A stretch of DNA of 32,000 nt from an uncultured Methanobrevibacter sp. (lineage in GTDB: Archaea > Methanobacteriota > Methanobacteria > Methanobacteriales > Methanobacteriaceae), in contig NZ_CADCJB010000013.1 in assembly GCF_902801725.1 (NCBI RefSeq), forward strand, positions 11,302-43,301. The letters run 5' to 3'. The notes under the pieces are model-generated. The model made no database searches, had not been told where the DNA came from, and saw only the letters and a program-made list of their open reading frames with translations. How positions within the stretch are numbered: the stretch's first letter is position 1; each line of letters starts with the position of its first letter. Positions 1 to 9,877 of the stretch are shown piece after piece. A program made the position numbers and the translations under genes.

Positions 1-2
1 TA

Positions 3-827
3 GTTAAGGGCGGATCCGGTGCTGCAACCTTGCCTGACTCTCCGGGCATTCCTACTGACACTACTAAAAATACTTTGTCTGTTCCATTCAATGATGAGGA
101 AGCCTTAACTGAACTGATTGAAAAAGAAGGAGAAAACATTGCCTGTATTATAATGGAAATAGTTATGGGCAATATTGGATGCATTGAACCAAAACCAGGA
201 TTTTTGGAATTTATTAGAAAAATAACTGAAGAAAATGGTATTGTATTGATATTTGATGAAGTGATTACCGGTTTCAGGGCTTCAAAAGGTGGAGCTCAGG
301 AATATTATGGAGTTACTCCGGATCTGACTACACTGGGTAAGATTGTTGGAGGAGGACTTCCAATGGGTGCATTCTGTGGTAAAAGAGAAATAATGGAATT
401 GATTGCTCCTAGCGGACCGGTTTATCAGGCAGGAACATTTTCTGGAAATCCTATTTCAGTTCAGGCGGGAATTTCTACCATGTCTCAGTTGGATGACAAG
501 TTTTATAAGGATTTGGAAAGCAAAGGAAATTTCCTTAGAAGCGAAATAAGAGCAACAGTTGAAGAAAGAGGATTGGAAATTCAACCTGTTGGTTTGGCTT
601 CAATGTTACAAATTTATTTCAATGAAAATGAAGTTTATAACTACGAAGATGCTAAAAAATCAGACAGTGACAGATTTTTAGTATACTTTAGAGAATTATT
701 AAAAGAAGGTGTTTTCATACCTCCTAGCCAATTTGAATGCAATTTTATTTCAAGTGCACACAGTATGGAGGATTTGGAAAAGACTTCTCAAGCTATTGAC
801 AATGCCTTAAGAGTGGCATTCAAATAA
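3..827 (+). CDS. hemL: Glutamate-1-semialdehyde 2,1-aminomutase, C-terminal part (5' end outside window)
   Basis: Frame stays open upstream of the track's Met (VKGGSGAATLPDSPGIPTDTTKNT). PLP class-III aminotransferase motifs: ENGIVLIFDEVITGFRASKGGAQEYYGVTPDLTTLGKIVGGGLPMGAFCGK and GTFSGNPIS. Confidence 0.96.
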   Translation, partial: VKGGSGAATLPDSPGIPTDTTKNTLSVPFNDEEALTELIEKEGENIACIIMEIVMGNIGCIEPKPGFLEFIRKITEENGIVLIFDEVITGFRASKGGAQEYYGVTPDLTTLGKIVGGGLPMGAFCGKREIMELIAPSGPVYQAGTFSGNPISVQAGISTMSQLDDKFYKDLESKGNFLRSEIRATVEERGLEIQPVGLASMLQIYFNENEVYNYEDAKKSDSDRFLVYFRELLKEGVFIPPSQFECNFISSAHSMEDLEKTSQAIDNALRVAFK

Positions 828-846
828 ATGATAAAAAGGTGTTATT

Positions 847-1269
847 GTGACAGATTGGAAAGAGATTGCATCATATGCTGTTATATTGATTATAGTTTTG
901 ATAGCTGCACAGCATTTGAATGTAGTTGTTTCAGGAAGTATGGAACCTGCATTTTACAGGGGAGATATTGTAATGGTTGAAAAGGCCAATTTTCTGGGTA
1001 TCCAAGAATTCAACGTAAATGATATCCAAAAAGGGGATGTTGTTGTTTATGATGCAAAATGGTTTAATCAACCGGTAATTCATAGAGTTATTGATATTGT
1101 GGATATTAATGGAACTACGATGTATCTGATTAAGGGTGACAACAATAATGCTCCCGATCCGTATTATGTTTCACCAAGCCAAATCCAGTCTAAAGTTGTA
1201 AAAATTGGTGATAATCTGGTTGTAATTCCAAAAGTCGGTTATCTTTCCCTTTGGTTGAGGGGTTTATGA
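847..1269 (+). CDS. Archaeal/ER-type signal peptidase I (S26B), GTG start
   Basis: N-terminal TM, VVSGSMEPAFYRGDIVMV catalytic Ser motif, GDVVVYD, and PVIHRVIDI (His in place of the bacterial Lys). Confidence 0.9.
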   Translation: MTDWKEIASYAVILIIVLIAAQHLNVVVSGSMEPAFYRGDIVMVEKANFLGIQEFNVNDIQKGDVVVYDAKWFNQPVIHRVIDIVDINGTTMYLIKGDNNNAPDPYYVSPSQIQSKVVKIGDNLVVIPKVGYLSLWLRGL

Positions 1270-1287
1270 TTATTATAAGGTGAGTTA

Positions 1288-2988
1288 ATGTATTTTGAAA
1301 TTGAAAAACAAGCTATTGATGCCATCAATAAGGCATTAGATCAATATGATGTGGAAATAGATAGAAATTTCAAATTGGAATTTCCTCCTAATCCTAATTT
1401 AGGAGACTTGGCAAGCACCATTGCTTTTGCGCTTACAAAAAAATTAAGAACTTCACCTCCTGAAGTTGCTGCGGATTTGGTCGAAAAGATTGAAGTTCCT
1501 GAAATTTTTACCAAGGTTCAGAATTTCGGACCATATGTCAATTTTTTCATTGACTATTCAAAGTTTTCAAAACTTCTCCTGCAAAAGGTTGATGATAATT
1601 ACGGACAGCTTCCGGAATATGGTGAAAAAATCGTATTGGAACATACTTCTGCAAATCCTAACGGTCCATTGCATATTGGACATATAAGAAATTCAATTTT
1701 TGGAGATTCCCTTGCAAGGTTATTGAAATTGGCTGGAAGAGATGTTGTAACCCAGTATTACGTAAATGATATGGGAAGACAAATCGCCATAATTGTATGC
1801 GGAATAACCGAATGCGGTCTTAAGATTGAAGACTATGAAGGCGATAAACTTGACCACAAAATAGGAAAGCTATACTTTGATGCAAACAAGGCTGTGGAAG
1901 AGGATGAAGCCTTAAATGCTAAAGTTGACGAATTAATCCAAAAATATGAGCAAGGCGAAGACGAAGAGCTAAACAAGGTCTTCGAAGATGTTGTTTCCAA
2001 ATGCATTTCCGGAATGAAAGAATCTCTTTTGAGAATGAATATTGTCCATGACGACTTTGTTTGGGAAGGTCAATTCGTAAGAAACGGCGAAGTCGATGAT
2101 TTGGTTTCATACATTCAAAGGGAAGGTTTTACCCGTGAAAACGATGTGCTCTACATTGACCTAACAGATTTCAACATAGAAAAGGAATTTGTTTTAAGAA
2201 GGTCAAACGGCACTTCACTTTACTCTACCCGTGATTTGGCTTATCATAAGTACAAGGCTACTTTAGGAGACACTGTCCTTGACATTTTAGGTTCAGACCA
2301 TAAACTTGCTGCAAAACAGATAAAGGTTATTTTTGAAGAAATATTCAGGCAGGATGCTCCGGAAGTAATATTTTATGAATTCATTACACTTCCTGAAGGT
2401 TCAATGTCTACAAGAAAAGGCAAATTCGTATCAGTCGATGAATTGATTGATGAAGCTGTCTTAAGGGCACATGATGAAATAAAATCCAGAAATCCTGATT
2501 TGTCCGAAGAAGAAATTGCCCCAATGGCTGAAGAAATTGGTATCGGTGCTGTAAGATTCTTCATTGCAAAATTGTCTCCTGAAAAGCATCTGACCTTTAA
2601 ATGGGATGAGGCATTGAGCTTTGAGAGAGGATGTGCTTCAATTCAATATGCTCATGCTAGGGCATGTAAACTGCTTGAAAAATCAGGTAAGGATATCAGC
2701 TCTTTAAATGTCAGTGATGATTGGGTTCCTGATGAGATAGAACAGGACCTTGTAAGGCAAATTGCCAAATTCCCTCAAGTTGTTGAAGATTGCGCCAACA
2801 AAAAGAGAGTTCACAATATTACACAATACTCACAGGATTTGGCTAGTTCATTCAACAAGTTCTATAAGTCAGAACAGGTTATCGGCTCTGAAATTGAAGA
2901 TACTAGACTCATTTTAGTTGACAGAGCCAAAACAACTATTAAAAATGCTTTAGATATTTTAGGTGTTTCTGCACCTGAAAAAATGTAG
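1288..2988 (+). CDS. argS: Arginyl-tRNA synthetase
   Basis: 566 aa. HTSANPNGPLHIGHIRNSIFGDSLARLLK (HIGH motif), Arg-tRNA synthetase N-terminal domain, DALRM-type anticodon domain. Confidence 0.97.
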   Translation: MYFEIEKQAIDAINKALDQYDVEIDRNFKLEFPPNPNLGDLASTIAFALTKKLRTSPPEVAADLVEKIEVPEIFTKVQNFGPYVNFFIDYSKFSKLLLQKVDDNYGQLPEYGEKIVLEHTSANPNGPLHIGHIRNSIFGDSLARLLKLAGRDVVTQYYVNDMGRQIAIIVCGITECGLKIEDYEGDKLDHKIGKLYFDANKAVEEDEALNAKVDELIQKYEQGEDEELNKVFEDVVSKCISGMKESLLRMNIVHDDFVWEGQFVRNGEVDDLVSYIQREGFTRENDVLYIDLTDFNIEKEFVLRRSNGTSLYSTRDLAYHKYKATLGDTVLDILGSDHKLAAKQIKVIFEEIFRQDAPEVIFYEFITLPEGSMSTRKGKFVSVDELIDEAVLRAHDEIKSRNPDLSEEEIAPMAEEIGIGAVRFFIAKLSPEKHLTFKWDEALSFERGCASIQYAHARACKLLEKSGKDISSLNVSDDWVPDEIEQDLVRQIAKFPQVVEDCANKKRVHNITQYSQDLASSFNKFYKSEQVIGSEIEDTRLILVDRAKTTIKNALDILGVSAPEKM

Positions 2989-3022
2989 ATGAGTAGTTTA
3001 ACTCATCTTTAATTTTCTTTTT

Positions 3023-3556
3023 TTAATCCACATATTGGATGTAGTCTTCTTTTCTAGGCAATGGTTCCGGTGCGTCCATATCAGGATATCCGAGCACGAC
3101 ATGACCAATTCCCTCATAAGTTTCAGGAATTCCCCATTCTTTTAGTAATTCTTTTCCTTTTTCGGATGCAAATTCTTCACGTGCTCTGTGAATCCAGCAT
3201 GAACCAACGCCAACTGCATGTGCTGCATTAACCAGAACCGCCAATACGCTGGAACCGTCTTCAACATATGTTGGACGTTCGCTGTCGGCCAGTACAATCA
3301 GCAATGTTTTTGCGCCGTAAAATGGATCCATATCTTCAGGAACATCAATCGGGAAATAGCTTCTGTTCCATGCTGAAAATTCTTTAATGGTTTCCGGATT
3401 TTGAATTACAACGATTTTAGGTGATTGCAGGCCCTGTCCTGTTGGTGCATAGGTTCCGGTTTCCAGGATTGTTTTTAACTCTTCATCGGAGATTTGTTCA
3501 TCTTTGAATTTTCTGATGCTTCTTCTTGTTTTTAGATTTTCGATAGTTTCGTTCAT
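3023..3556 (-). CDS. Nitroreductase family protein
   Basis: RRSIRKFKDEQISDEELKTILETGTYAPTGQGLQ, GVGSCWIHRA, IGHVVLGYPD. Confidence 0.92.
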   Translation of the reverse strand: MNETIENLKTRRSIRKFKDEQISDEELKTILETGTYAPTGQGLQSPKIVVIQNPETIKEFSAWNRSYFPIDVPEDMDPFYGAKTLLIVLADSERPTYVEDGSSVLAVLVNAAHAVGVGSCWIHRAREEFASEKGKELLKEWGIPETYEGIGHVVLGYPDMDAPEPLPRKEDYIQYVD

Positions 3557-3969
3557 ATTAACTCCTCACATATTTTTAGCAGTGTACTTTTAAAGATAGT
3601 ATACTCTTCATAATTTAAATTACTTTTAATTATTTCATCCCATTTATCATCATAATCCATAACTTTTTGGGCGGTTTCGGATCCTTTTTGGGTTGTTTTT
3701 ATTATTTTTGTTCTTTTATCAGGTATTCTTTCGATGAAACCTTTATCTTCGAGTTTTTTAAGGTTTCTTGTTATTGTACTTTCGTTTAAATGGAATATTT
3801 CGGCTAACTGTTCCTGTATAATTCCTTCATTTTTGTAAATTGTTATTAAAATTGGCTGCAGGCCAAAACTCAAATCCTCATTTTTCACTTTTTCGTTTAA
3901 GTATTTGGCGTGTTCCCTGTAAAGTATGGATATCAATGGGGCTGTCGGCATTGTTTCATCAAAGGGCAT
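3553..3969 (-). CDS. MarR-family transcriptional regulator
   Basis: winged-HTH signature QLAEIFHLNESTITRNLKKLEDKGFIERIPDKRTKIIKTTQKG. Start overlaps the end of the MATE gene; end overlaps the nitroreductase start. Confidence 0.92.
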   Translation of the reverse strand: MPFDETMPTAPLISILYREHAKYLNEKVKNEDLSFGLQPILITIYKNEGIIQEQLAEIFHLNESTITRNLKKLEDKGFIERIPDKRTKIIKTTQKGSETAQKVMDYDDKWDEIIKSNLNYEEYTIFKSTLLKICEELI

Positions 3970-5329
3970 TGTCCCTACCTCGGATTAACTTGTTGATGTA
4001 TAGTTCAATGCATGCATAACATATTAATGATCCTATTCCACCGCCCAGAAGCATTCCGCAGTATATTCCGAACTCTCCCATGTGGAAGGTAAATCCTAAA
4101 AGGTATGCAAAGATTAACACCAAAATGAATTCCCTGAATGCTGTCAATACAAATGATATTGTTCCTTTTCCGACTCCCTGGAATACATTACCTGCACTTG
4201 CTCCAAATGGAACATATAGAATAAAAAAGCACATTATCTGCAGGAAACTTGCAATCAATGGAGCTAAATCTGCACTGCTTTGTGAATATGAGAAGATAAT
4301 CGCTATTTGGTTGGCAAATACGTATAATATAATGCACACGATTACTGATGCAATTAATGCCACCTTGACGGCATATCTTGCTGTCACTCTTAAGTTTTCA
4401 TATTTTCTTGCACCATATGCAACTCCGGCAACTGATATCGCTGCAGTTCCGATTCCTATTGCTGGAAGCATTCCAATATTTACTATTCTCCATCCTGCTG
4501 TATAAACAGCTACTGATGTAGGTCCGGAAACAATTGTAAGCATGTAATTGACAAATATTGTTAAAACGGACAGTACCAGCTGTTCCAAACTTGCAGGTAT
4601 GCCTACAACCAGAATATCTTTGTACATTTTAAAGTCATTATGGAAGTCTTTAAAGTTGTATGATAGGTATGTGTCTTTTTTGACAAAAATCCAGTATAGC
4701 ATGAGGAATAGACTTATAAGGGGTCCTAATACTGTTGCTATTGCAGCACCTTTAATTCCCATTCCTAATGTGTAGATTAATATCGGATCTAAAATCATAT
4801 TGATTACTGCGGCAACAGCTATTGGAATAGTAGCACGTTTGATATCTCCTTCAGCTCTAAATGCTCCCCCTACAATTGGAGGCATTAAAAGAGCAAATGT
4901 ACATGAAAATATGATGAATCCATAGTCCATTGCATAGTTTATTACGCTACTTGCACCCATAAGTTTGAGCATCGGCTCCATTGTAATAACAAATATGATT
5001 GCAATGACTATTGACACGATTACGCTTAGGATAAGATTGTGTATTGCAGCATTATTTGCCGAGGATTTGTCCTCTGCCCCAATAAATCTTGAAATCACCG
5101 AGTTACCACCGGCTCCGAGTCCGTTTCCAAATCCGACTATAATCATGAACAGGGGTGTGGTGTATCCTAATGCAGCAAGAGGTCCCGCACCAAGTCCAGC
5201 TACCCAAATACTGTCGATAATACTGTTTGCAAAAATTAAAAACATACTTGCAATAATCGGCAGGGATAATTTGTTTATTGCCTTTTTAGGGTCTCCTGTT
5301 ATCATTTCAATATTTTCGTTTTTTTCCAT
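3959..5329 (-). CDS. MATE-family efflux transporter
   Basis: Multi-TM protein with ANSIIDSIWVAGLGAGPLAALGYTTPLF and GFGNGLGAGGNSVISRFIG. ORF is open to a GTG at 5341, but the ATG at 5329 with upstream GTGAGG is the likelier start. Confidence 0.93.
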   Translation of the reverse strand: MEKNENIEMITGDPKKAINKLSLPIIASMFLIFANSIIDSIWVAGLGAGPLAALGYTTPLFMIIVGFGNGLGAGGNSVISRFIGAEDKSSANNAAIHNLILSVIVSIVIAIIFVITMEPMLKLMGASSVINYAMDYGFIIFSCTFALLMPPIVGGAFRAEGDIKRATIPIAVAAVINMILDPILIYTLGMGIKGAAIATVLGPLISLFLMLYWIFVKKDTYLSYNFKDFHNDFKMYKDILVVGIPASLEQLVLSVLTIFVNYMLTIVSGPTSVAVYTAGWRIVNIGMLPAIGIGTAAISVAGVAYGARKYENLRVTARYAVKVALIASVIVCIILYVFANQIAIIFSYSQSSADLAPLIASFLQIMCFFILYVPFGASAGNVFQGVGKGTISFVLTAFREFILVLIFAYLLGFTFHMGEFGIYCGMLLGGGIGSLICYACIELYINKLIRGRDNAL

Positions 5330-5343
5330 AATTAGCCTCACTC

Positions 5344-5379
5344 TTGCATATGCAATTATATACTTGTATATGCAAGTAT
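5344..5379. promoter_or_regulatory. Double palindromic operator candidate upstream of MATE-MarR-nitroreductase
   Basis: TTGCATATGCAA (5344-5355, perfect palindrome) and TTGTATATGCAA (5364-5375), the latter inside the inverted repeat ATACTTG-N6-CAAGTAT (5360-5379). Spacing is 20 bp. Minus-strand TATA-like TTTAAATA lies just upstream. Confidence 0.7.
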
Positions 5380-5438
5380 GCCTATTTAAATGTGATGTTA
5401 AAATATTAAGTTAAAATAAAAAAAGAAAAAGAAATGGT

Positions 5439-6107
5439 TTATTCTAAACCATTTTCAGTAACAACAGGTTGGTTATTGATGAGATCCAGAATGTGCATAC
5501 CGTCAGATTGTCCGCCTCTGATTATACCGTCGTCGTCATACCAAACATTTAATTCTTCATCGTAGTATAAGTTAGGTCCTGATCCTTCAGAAAGGCTTGA
5601 ACCAGATGATGAACCAGAACTGGAAGAACTGGATGATGTAGTTTTTTCATTATATTTTACAGTACTTGCAGTGGAATTTCCAGATACTTTTTCGGTATTT
5701 GTGGTATTTCCTTCTTCAATGGTTATAGTCTGTTTTGCACTGCATCCGTTGTATTTATTATTACCACCATAGGTTACGGTAACTTCGTGATTGCCTGCTT
5801 TTTCATTATTTAATGAAAGGCCACCTTTACCGTTATTGTCGGTAATAATTGAGAAGTTTTGTTTTTCTCCATTTTCCTCAAAAGTAATGTTTATAACTTG
5901 ATTTCCAATGGCTTTTCCACTTGCATCTTTAAGTTCAAATTGAACTATGTCCCCATTTTTTAAGTTTGCGTTACTTATGAATTTAATTTGAGTATTTACT
6001 TTACCATCTGCTGTTGTAGCTTGTTGTTGCGGGTGTGCAAACAAAGAAACTCCTACAATAGCGATGATGATAACAACTAAGATAGCAATAATTATATTCT
6101 TATTCAT
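5439..6107 (-). CDS. Secreted protein with Ig-like (bacterial Ig / adhesin-like) domain and Ser-rich linker
   Basis: Start at MNKNIIIAILVVIIIAIVGVSLFA with RBS AAAGGTGAT; the track start is 12 codons too early. Contains LKNGDIVQFELKDASGKAIGNQVINITF...GNHEVTVTYGGNNKYNG, then (S)n(GS)n, then an acidic C-terminus. Confidence 0.8.
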   Translation of the reverse strand: MNKNIIIAILVVIIIAIVGVSLFAHPQQQATTADGKVNTQIKFISNANLKNGDIVQFELKDASGKAIGNQVINITFEENGEKQNFSIITDNNGKGGLSLNNEKAGNHEVTVTYGGNNKYNGCSAKQTITIEEGNTTNTEKVSGNSTASTVKYNEKTTSSSSSSSGSSSGSSLSEGSGPNLYYDEELNVWYDDDGIIRGGQSDGMHILDLINNQPVVTENGLE

Positions 6108-6276
6108 TATATCACCTTTGACAAAATGTATTTTGATACTCATATTTATATTTTTTTTTAATTTGTGTGTTTTTCTGAAATTTTCTCAAATTTTTAAAAA
6201 AATAATAATTTTGTTAAATATTGAAACATTTTAAATATTCTTAATTACATACCTTAAAACAATAGGAGACTATATT

Positions 6277-7587
6277 ATGAAGGTTTTAGTTGTTGGAACT
6301 GGTGCTCGTGAACATGCTATTGCTGATGCCCTAAAAGATGATGTAGAATTATACTGTTATATGAGTAAAATAAACCCTGGAATGAGTAAAATTGCCGAAT
6401 TCAAACAAGGTGATGAAGGTGAAGTTGAAAAAGTAGCTGAATATGCAGTTGAAAATGATATTGATATTGCATTCATTGGTCCTGAAGCTCCACTCGGAAA
6501 AGGAATTGTGGATGAGCTTCAAAAGAATGGAATCAAATGCGTTGGACCAACTCAAAGTGCAGCTAGGATTGAAACTGACAAATCATTCATGAGAAAACTC
6601 TTTGAAGATTATGAAATCGAAGGATCACTCGTTTACAAGGTATTCGATAATTCTGAGGATGTTTCCGAATTCCTGGATGAATTTGACCGTGATGTTGTAG
6701 TAAAACCTGTCGGTCTGACAGGCGGTAAAGGAGTTAAAATTGTTGGCGACCACCTTAAAGACAATGAAGAGGCAAAAGAATATTCCTGTGAAGTTATTGA
6801 CAATGCAATGGGTGGATTCGCTCAAGTAATTATTGAAGAAAGATTAATCGGTGAGGAATTTACCATTCAGGCATTCTGTGATGGTGAACATCTTGCACCA
6901 ATGCCTGCAGCGCAGGACCATCCTCATGCATTTGAAGGAGATGTCGGTGCAATAACTGGGGGTATGGGATCATACTCTGATGTTGGAGGTCTGTTGCCGT
7001 TCTTAAGTCAGGAAGACTATGATGCTGCAGTTGAAATTATGAAAGCTACTCTAAAAGCTATTGCTGAGGAAGCAGAACCTTACAAAGGTATCCTATACGG
7101 TCAGTTCATGTTGACTGCTGACGGACCAAAACTCATTGAATACAATGCAAGATTCGGGGATCCTGAAGCTATGAATGTATTGCCACTTTTAAAAACTCCA
7201 TTGGCTGATGTTTGTCAGGCTGTTGTTGACGGTAACTTGGATAAAGTAGAATTTGAAGACAAGGCCAGTGTGTGCAAATACATTGTGCCGGACGGATATC
7301 CTGAAACCGAATATGCTGGAGAATTAATTGAAGTTGATGAAAAAGCTATTGAGCAGATGGGTGCCAAAGTATTCTATGCTGCTGTTTCTCTTGAAGACGA
7401 TGGAATCCACCTGTCCGGTTCAAGGGCATTGGGAATTGTGGCCAGCGGTGAAAGCATAGATGAAGCTGAAAAAGTAGCTGAAAAAGCATGCGAATTTGTT
7501 AAAGGTAATGTTTACCACAGACGAGATGTAGGTACTCCAGAACTTGTTAATAAACGTGTTGAACACATGAAAGAAATTTTAAACTAA
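6277..7587 (+). CDS. purD: Phosphoribosylamine--glycine ligase
   Basis: [63 protein letters not shown]. Confidence 0.97.
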   Translation: MKVLVVGTGAREHAIADALKDDVELYCYMSKINPGMSKIAEFKQGDEGEVEKVAEYAVENDIDIAFIGPEAPLGKGIVDELQKNGIKCVGPTQSAARIETDKSFMRKLFEDYEIEGSLVYKVFDNSEDVSEFLDEFDRDVVVKPVGLTGGKGVKIVGDHLKDNEEAKEYSCEVIDNAMGGFAQVIIEERLIGEEFTIQAFCDGEHLAPMPAAQDHPHAFEGDVGAITGGMGSYSDVGGLLPFLSQEDYDAAVEIMKATLKAIAEEAEPYKGILYGQFMLTADGPKLIEYNARFGDPEAMNVLPLLKTPLADVCQAVVDGNLDKVEFEDKASVCKYIVPDGYPETEYAGELIEVDEKAIEQMGAKVFYAAVSLEDDGIHLSGSRALGIVASGESIDEAEKVAEKACEFVKGNVYHRRDVGTPELVNKRVEHMKEILN

Positions 7588-7608
7588 ATTTCTTTTTACT
7601 CATTTTTT

Positions 7609-8454
7609 TTGGGATTTGGTGATATTATCGAAGATGATGAGTTTGAACAATATAGGGACTATGTAACTTTAAGAAATTATTTTAGTTCAGAGCTTTCAGA
7701 GATAGTGGAAGAGTTGGATGATGAGGACGTTGAAAAAATAAGAAATTTTAGAACTCATTTTAATGAAAAATACTCTGATCATCCTATAGTTGGAAAAAAA
7801 GTTGACAATATAAAAAATGACTTCTTTCATAATTTTAAACAATCTTTTGAAAGCAATATTGATATTGACCCTAGTAGATTGCAGGGGTTGACTGATGGCA
7901 TTTTTGGTATGGTAATGACTCTTTTGATATTCGGTTTGGCTTTGCCTGCATCTCAATTAGTAACTGAAGGAGATTTTGTAACTTTTTTACAGTCAATTGC
8001 CCATACTTTCGGTTTAACTATTATTAGTTTTGTTCTAGTCAGCTCTTTTTGGATTTATCATCATGAATTTATAAAGATTAATTCATTGAATATTCCATAT
8101 TTGTGGATGAATATATTTTTTTTGGCTTGCATATCCACTATCCCATTTACAACATCTATGATAGGTGCTTATTCAAGGTTTTTCTTGGCAGAAGTGATAT
8201 TCGGATTAAATATATTTTTTACAAACCTCTCCTTTTTAATCATGTATGTCTATGCATATAATAGAGGATTTTTAGAGAATCATCCTTCAAAAAATGAAAA
8301 GAGATATGTTTTAAATACCTTTATATTAATCATGGCTCTTACTGTAATTGTAAATCTTCTGGATTACAATTTATCAGCGGATTTCATGTATCTGTTCCTG
8401 TTGGTTCCGGTAATTTCTACATTGAGGGATATTAATTTTAAAATGAACTCATAG
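7609..8454 (+). CDS. TMEM175/DUF1211-like six-TM membrane protein with ~90-aa charged N-terminal extension (TTG start presumed)
   Basis: SRLQGLTDGIFGMVMTLLIFGLALP resembles the RxxxFSDG signature helix of prokaryotic TMEM175. Six predicted hydrophobic segments. Confidence 0.72.
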   Translation: MGFGDIIEDDEFEQYRDYVTLRNYFSSELSEIVEELDDEDVEKIRNFRTHFNEKYSDHPIVGKKVDNIKNDFFHNFKQSFESNIDIDPSRLQGLTDGIFGMVMTLLIFGLALPASQLVTEGDFVTFLQSIAHTFGLTIISFVLVSSFWIYHHEFIKINSLNIPYLWMNIFFLACISTIPFTTSMIGAYSRFFLAEVIFGLNIFFTNLSFLIMYVYAYNRGFLENHPSKNEKRYVLNTFILIMALTVIVNLLDYNLSADFMYLFLLVPVISTLRDINFKMNS

Positions 8455-8516
8455 AAACATTTAATATATATTAATAAGATATATTTATTTTTGTTAAGAT
8501 TATTTTAGGGGATTAT

Positions 8517-9428
8517 ATGGGTAATTTGGTATCAATATGTGACATAAAGGATGATGTTCACCATATTTTGGATTTGGCTATTAAAATTAAAGCAGGGGAA
8601 GTGGAAGACAAACCTCTTGAAGGCAAGACATTAGCTATGATTTTCCAAAAGTCATCAACAAGAACCAGAATTTCTTTTGATGTTGGAATGTATCAGTTAG
8701 GTGGAAGAGCAATCTTTTTATCTTCTAATGATTTGCAGATGGGAAGGGGAGAGCCGATTTCAGATACTGCAAAAGTTTTAAGCCGATTTGTTGATGGAAT
8801 AATGATAAGAGCAATTGAACATCATGATGTTCTTGAACTAGCCCATTATTCTGATGTTCCTGTAATCAGCGGATTAACCAATATTGAACACCCTTGTCAG
8901 GCATTGGCCGATGTTTTAACAATTAAGGAACATTTCGGCACTCTTGAAAATAAAAAGATATGTTTTGTCGGTGACGGAAATAACGTATGTAATTCCCTTT
9001 TATTGATTGCTCCGCTTTTAGGCATGGACATATCTGTAGCATGTCCTAAAGGATATGAACCTGATGAGCATATTTTAAGCATTGCAAAAGAGTATGCCGA
9101 TGAAAGGAACACTGAGGTTACTGTAAGCAGTGATTTAAAAGTTGCTTTGGATAATGTTGATGTTGTCTATACTGATGTTTGGGTAAGTATGGGCGATGAA
9201 AGCGAAGAATTGCAGAGAAAACTTGATTTATCTCCTTATCAGGTCACTTGCGAATTAATGAATTTGGCTAATGATGAAGCTATTTTCATGCATTGTCTGC
9301 CAGCAGTTAGAGGTCAGGAAGTCAGTGCTGATGTTATTGACGGGTCCCAATCTGTTGTTTTTGATCAGGCAGAAAACAGAATGCATGCTCAAAATGCCGT
9401 TTTATATCATTTTTTAAAGGACGATTGA
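8517..9428 (+). CDS. argF: Ornithine carbamoyltransferase
   Basis: FQKSSTRTRISFDVGMYQLGG (STRT), EHPCQALADVLTI, FMHCLPAVRGQEV. Confidence 0.97.
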   Translation: MGNLVSICDIKDDVHHILDLAIKIKAGEVEDKPLEGKTLAMIFQKSSTRTRISFDVGMYQLGGRAIFLSSNDLQMGRGEPISDTAKVLSRFVDGIMIRAIEHHDVLELAHYSDVPVISGLTNIEHPCQALADVLTIKEHFGTLENKKICFVGDGNNVCNSLLLIAPLLGMDISVACPKGYEPDEHILSIAKEYADERNTEVTVSSDLKVALDNVDVVYTDVWVSMGDESEELQRKLDLSPYQVTCELMNLANDEAIFMHCLPAVRGQEVSADVIDGSQSVVFDQAENRMHAQNAVLYHFLKDD

Positions 9429-9448
9429 TGCTGAGAAATCAGAACAAT

Positions 9449-9790
9449 TTAAAGAGATGTCATTATCTCTAAAAACCACTTTATTATTATTTTTAAGAAT
9501 ATTATTAAACCAATTCCACCAATAAGACCAGTTGTAAATCGCAATGTATTGTTGCTTTCTCTAAATTCAAGAAATTGCGTAAATCCGTCAATTGTTGTAG
9601 GGATTAAAAGAAGCATTGAAATTATTAGCATGTTGATGCTGTAGTCAATTTCATAAAATTGATTGTATATTAAAAAAACAGCCAAACCAGTATAAAACCC
9701 GGTACATCTGGCACAAACTGGAAACTGGTGCCCTTTGATAAAAAAGCTTCTTTCAGGTTTTCTATGGCATATTAAGTTTTTATAATTCAT
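9449..9790 (-). CDS. DUF2085 family membrane protein
   Basis: [34 protein letters not shown] Cys/His signature followed by TM helices. Confidence 0.85.
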   Translation of the reverse strand: MNYKNLICHRKPERSFFIKGHQFPVCARCTGFYTGLAVFLIYNQFYEIDYSINMLIISMLLLIPTTIDGFTQFLEFRESNNTLRFTTGLIGGIGLIIFLKIIIKWFLEIMTSL

Positions 9791-9877
9791 TTTTATCTCT
9801 TTTATAATTCTTTTAAGATAATTATATATATTCTTGTATACATAAGTTATTGTATAATATATAAAAAGGTTATTACA

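Noticed and set aside
4080-5414. Plus-strand ORFs (141, 75 and 149 aa) lying opposite the MATE gene
   Set aside because: They are antisense shadows of a clear MATE coding region, with no recognisable domains and compositions typical of reverse-complement translation.
9835-9842. TGTATACA palindrome upstream of ilvB
   Set aside because: Only 8 bp, single copy, within an AT-rich promoter region; not distinguishable from chance.
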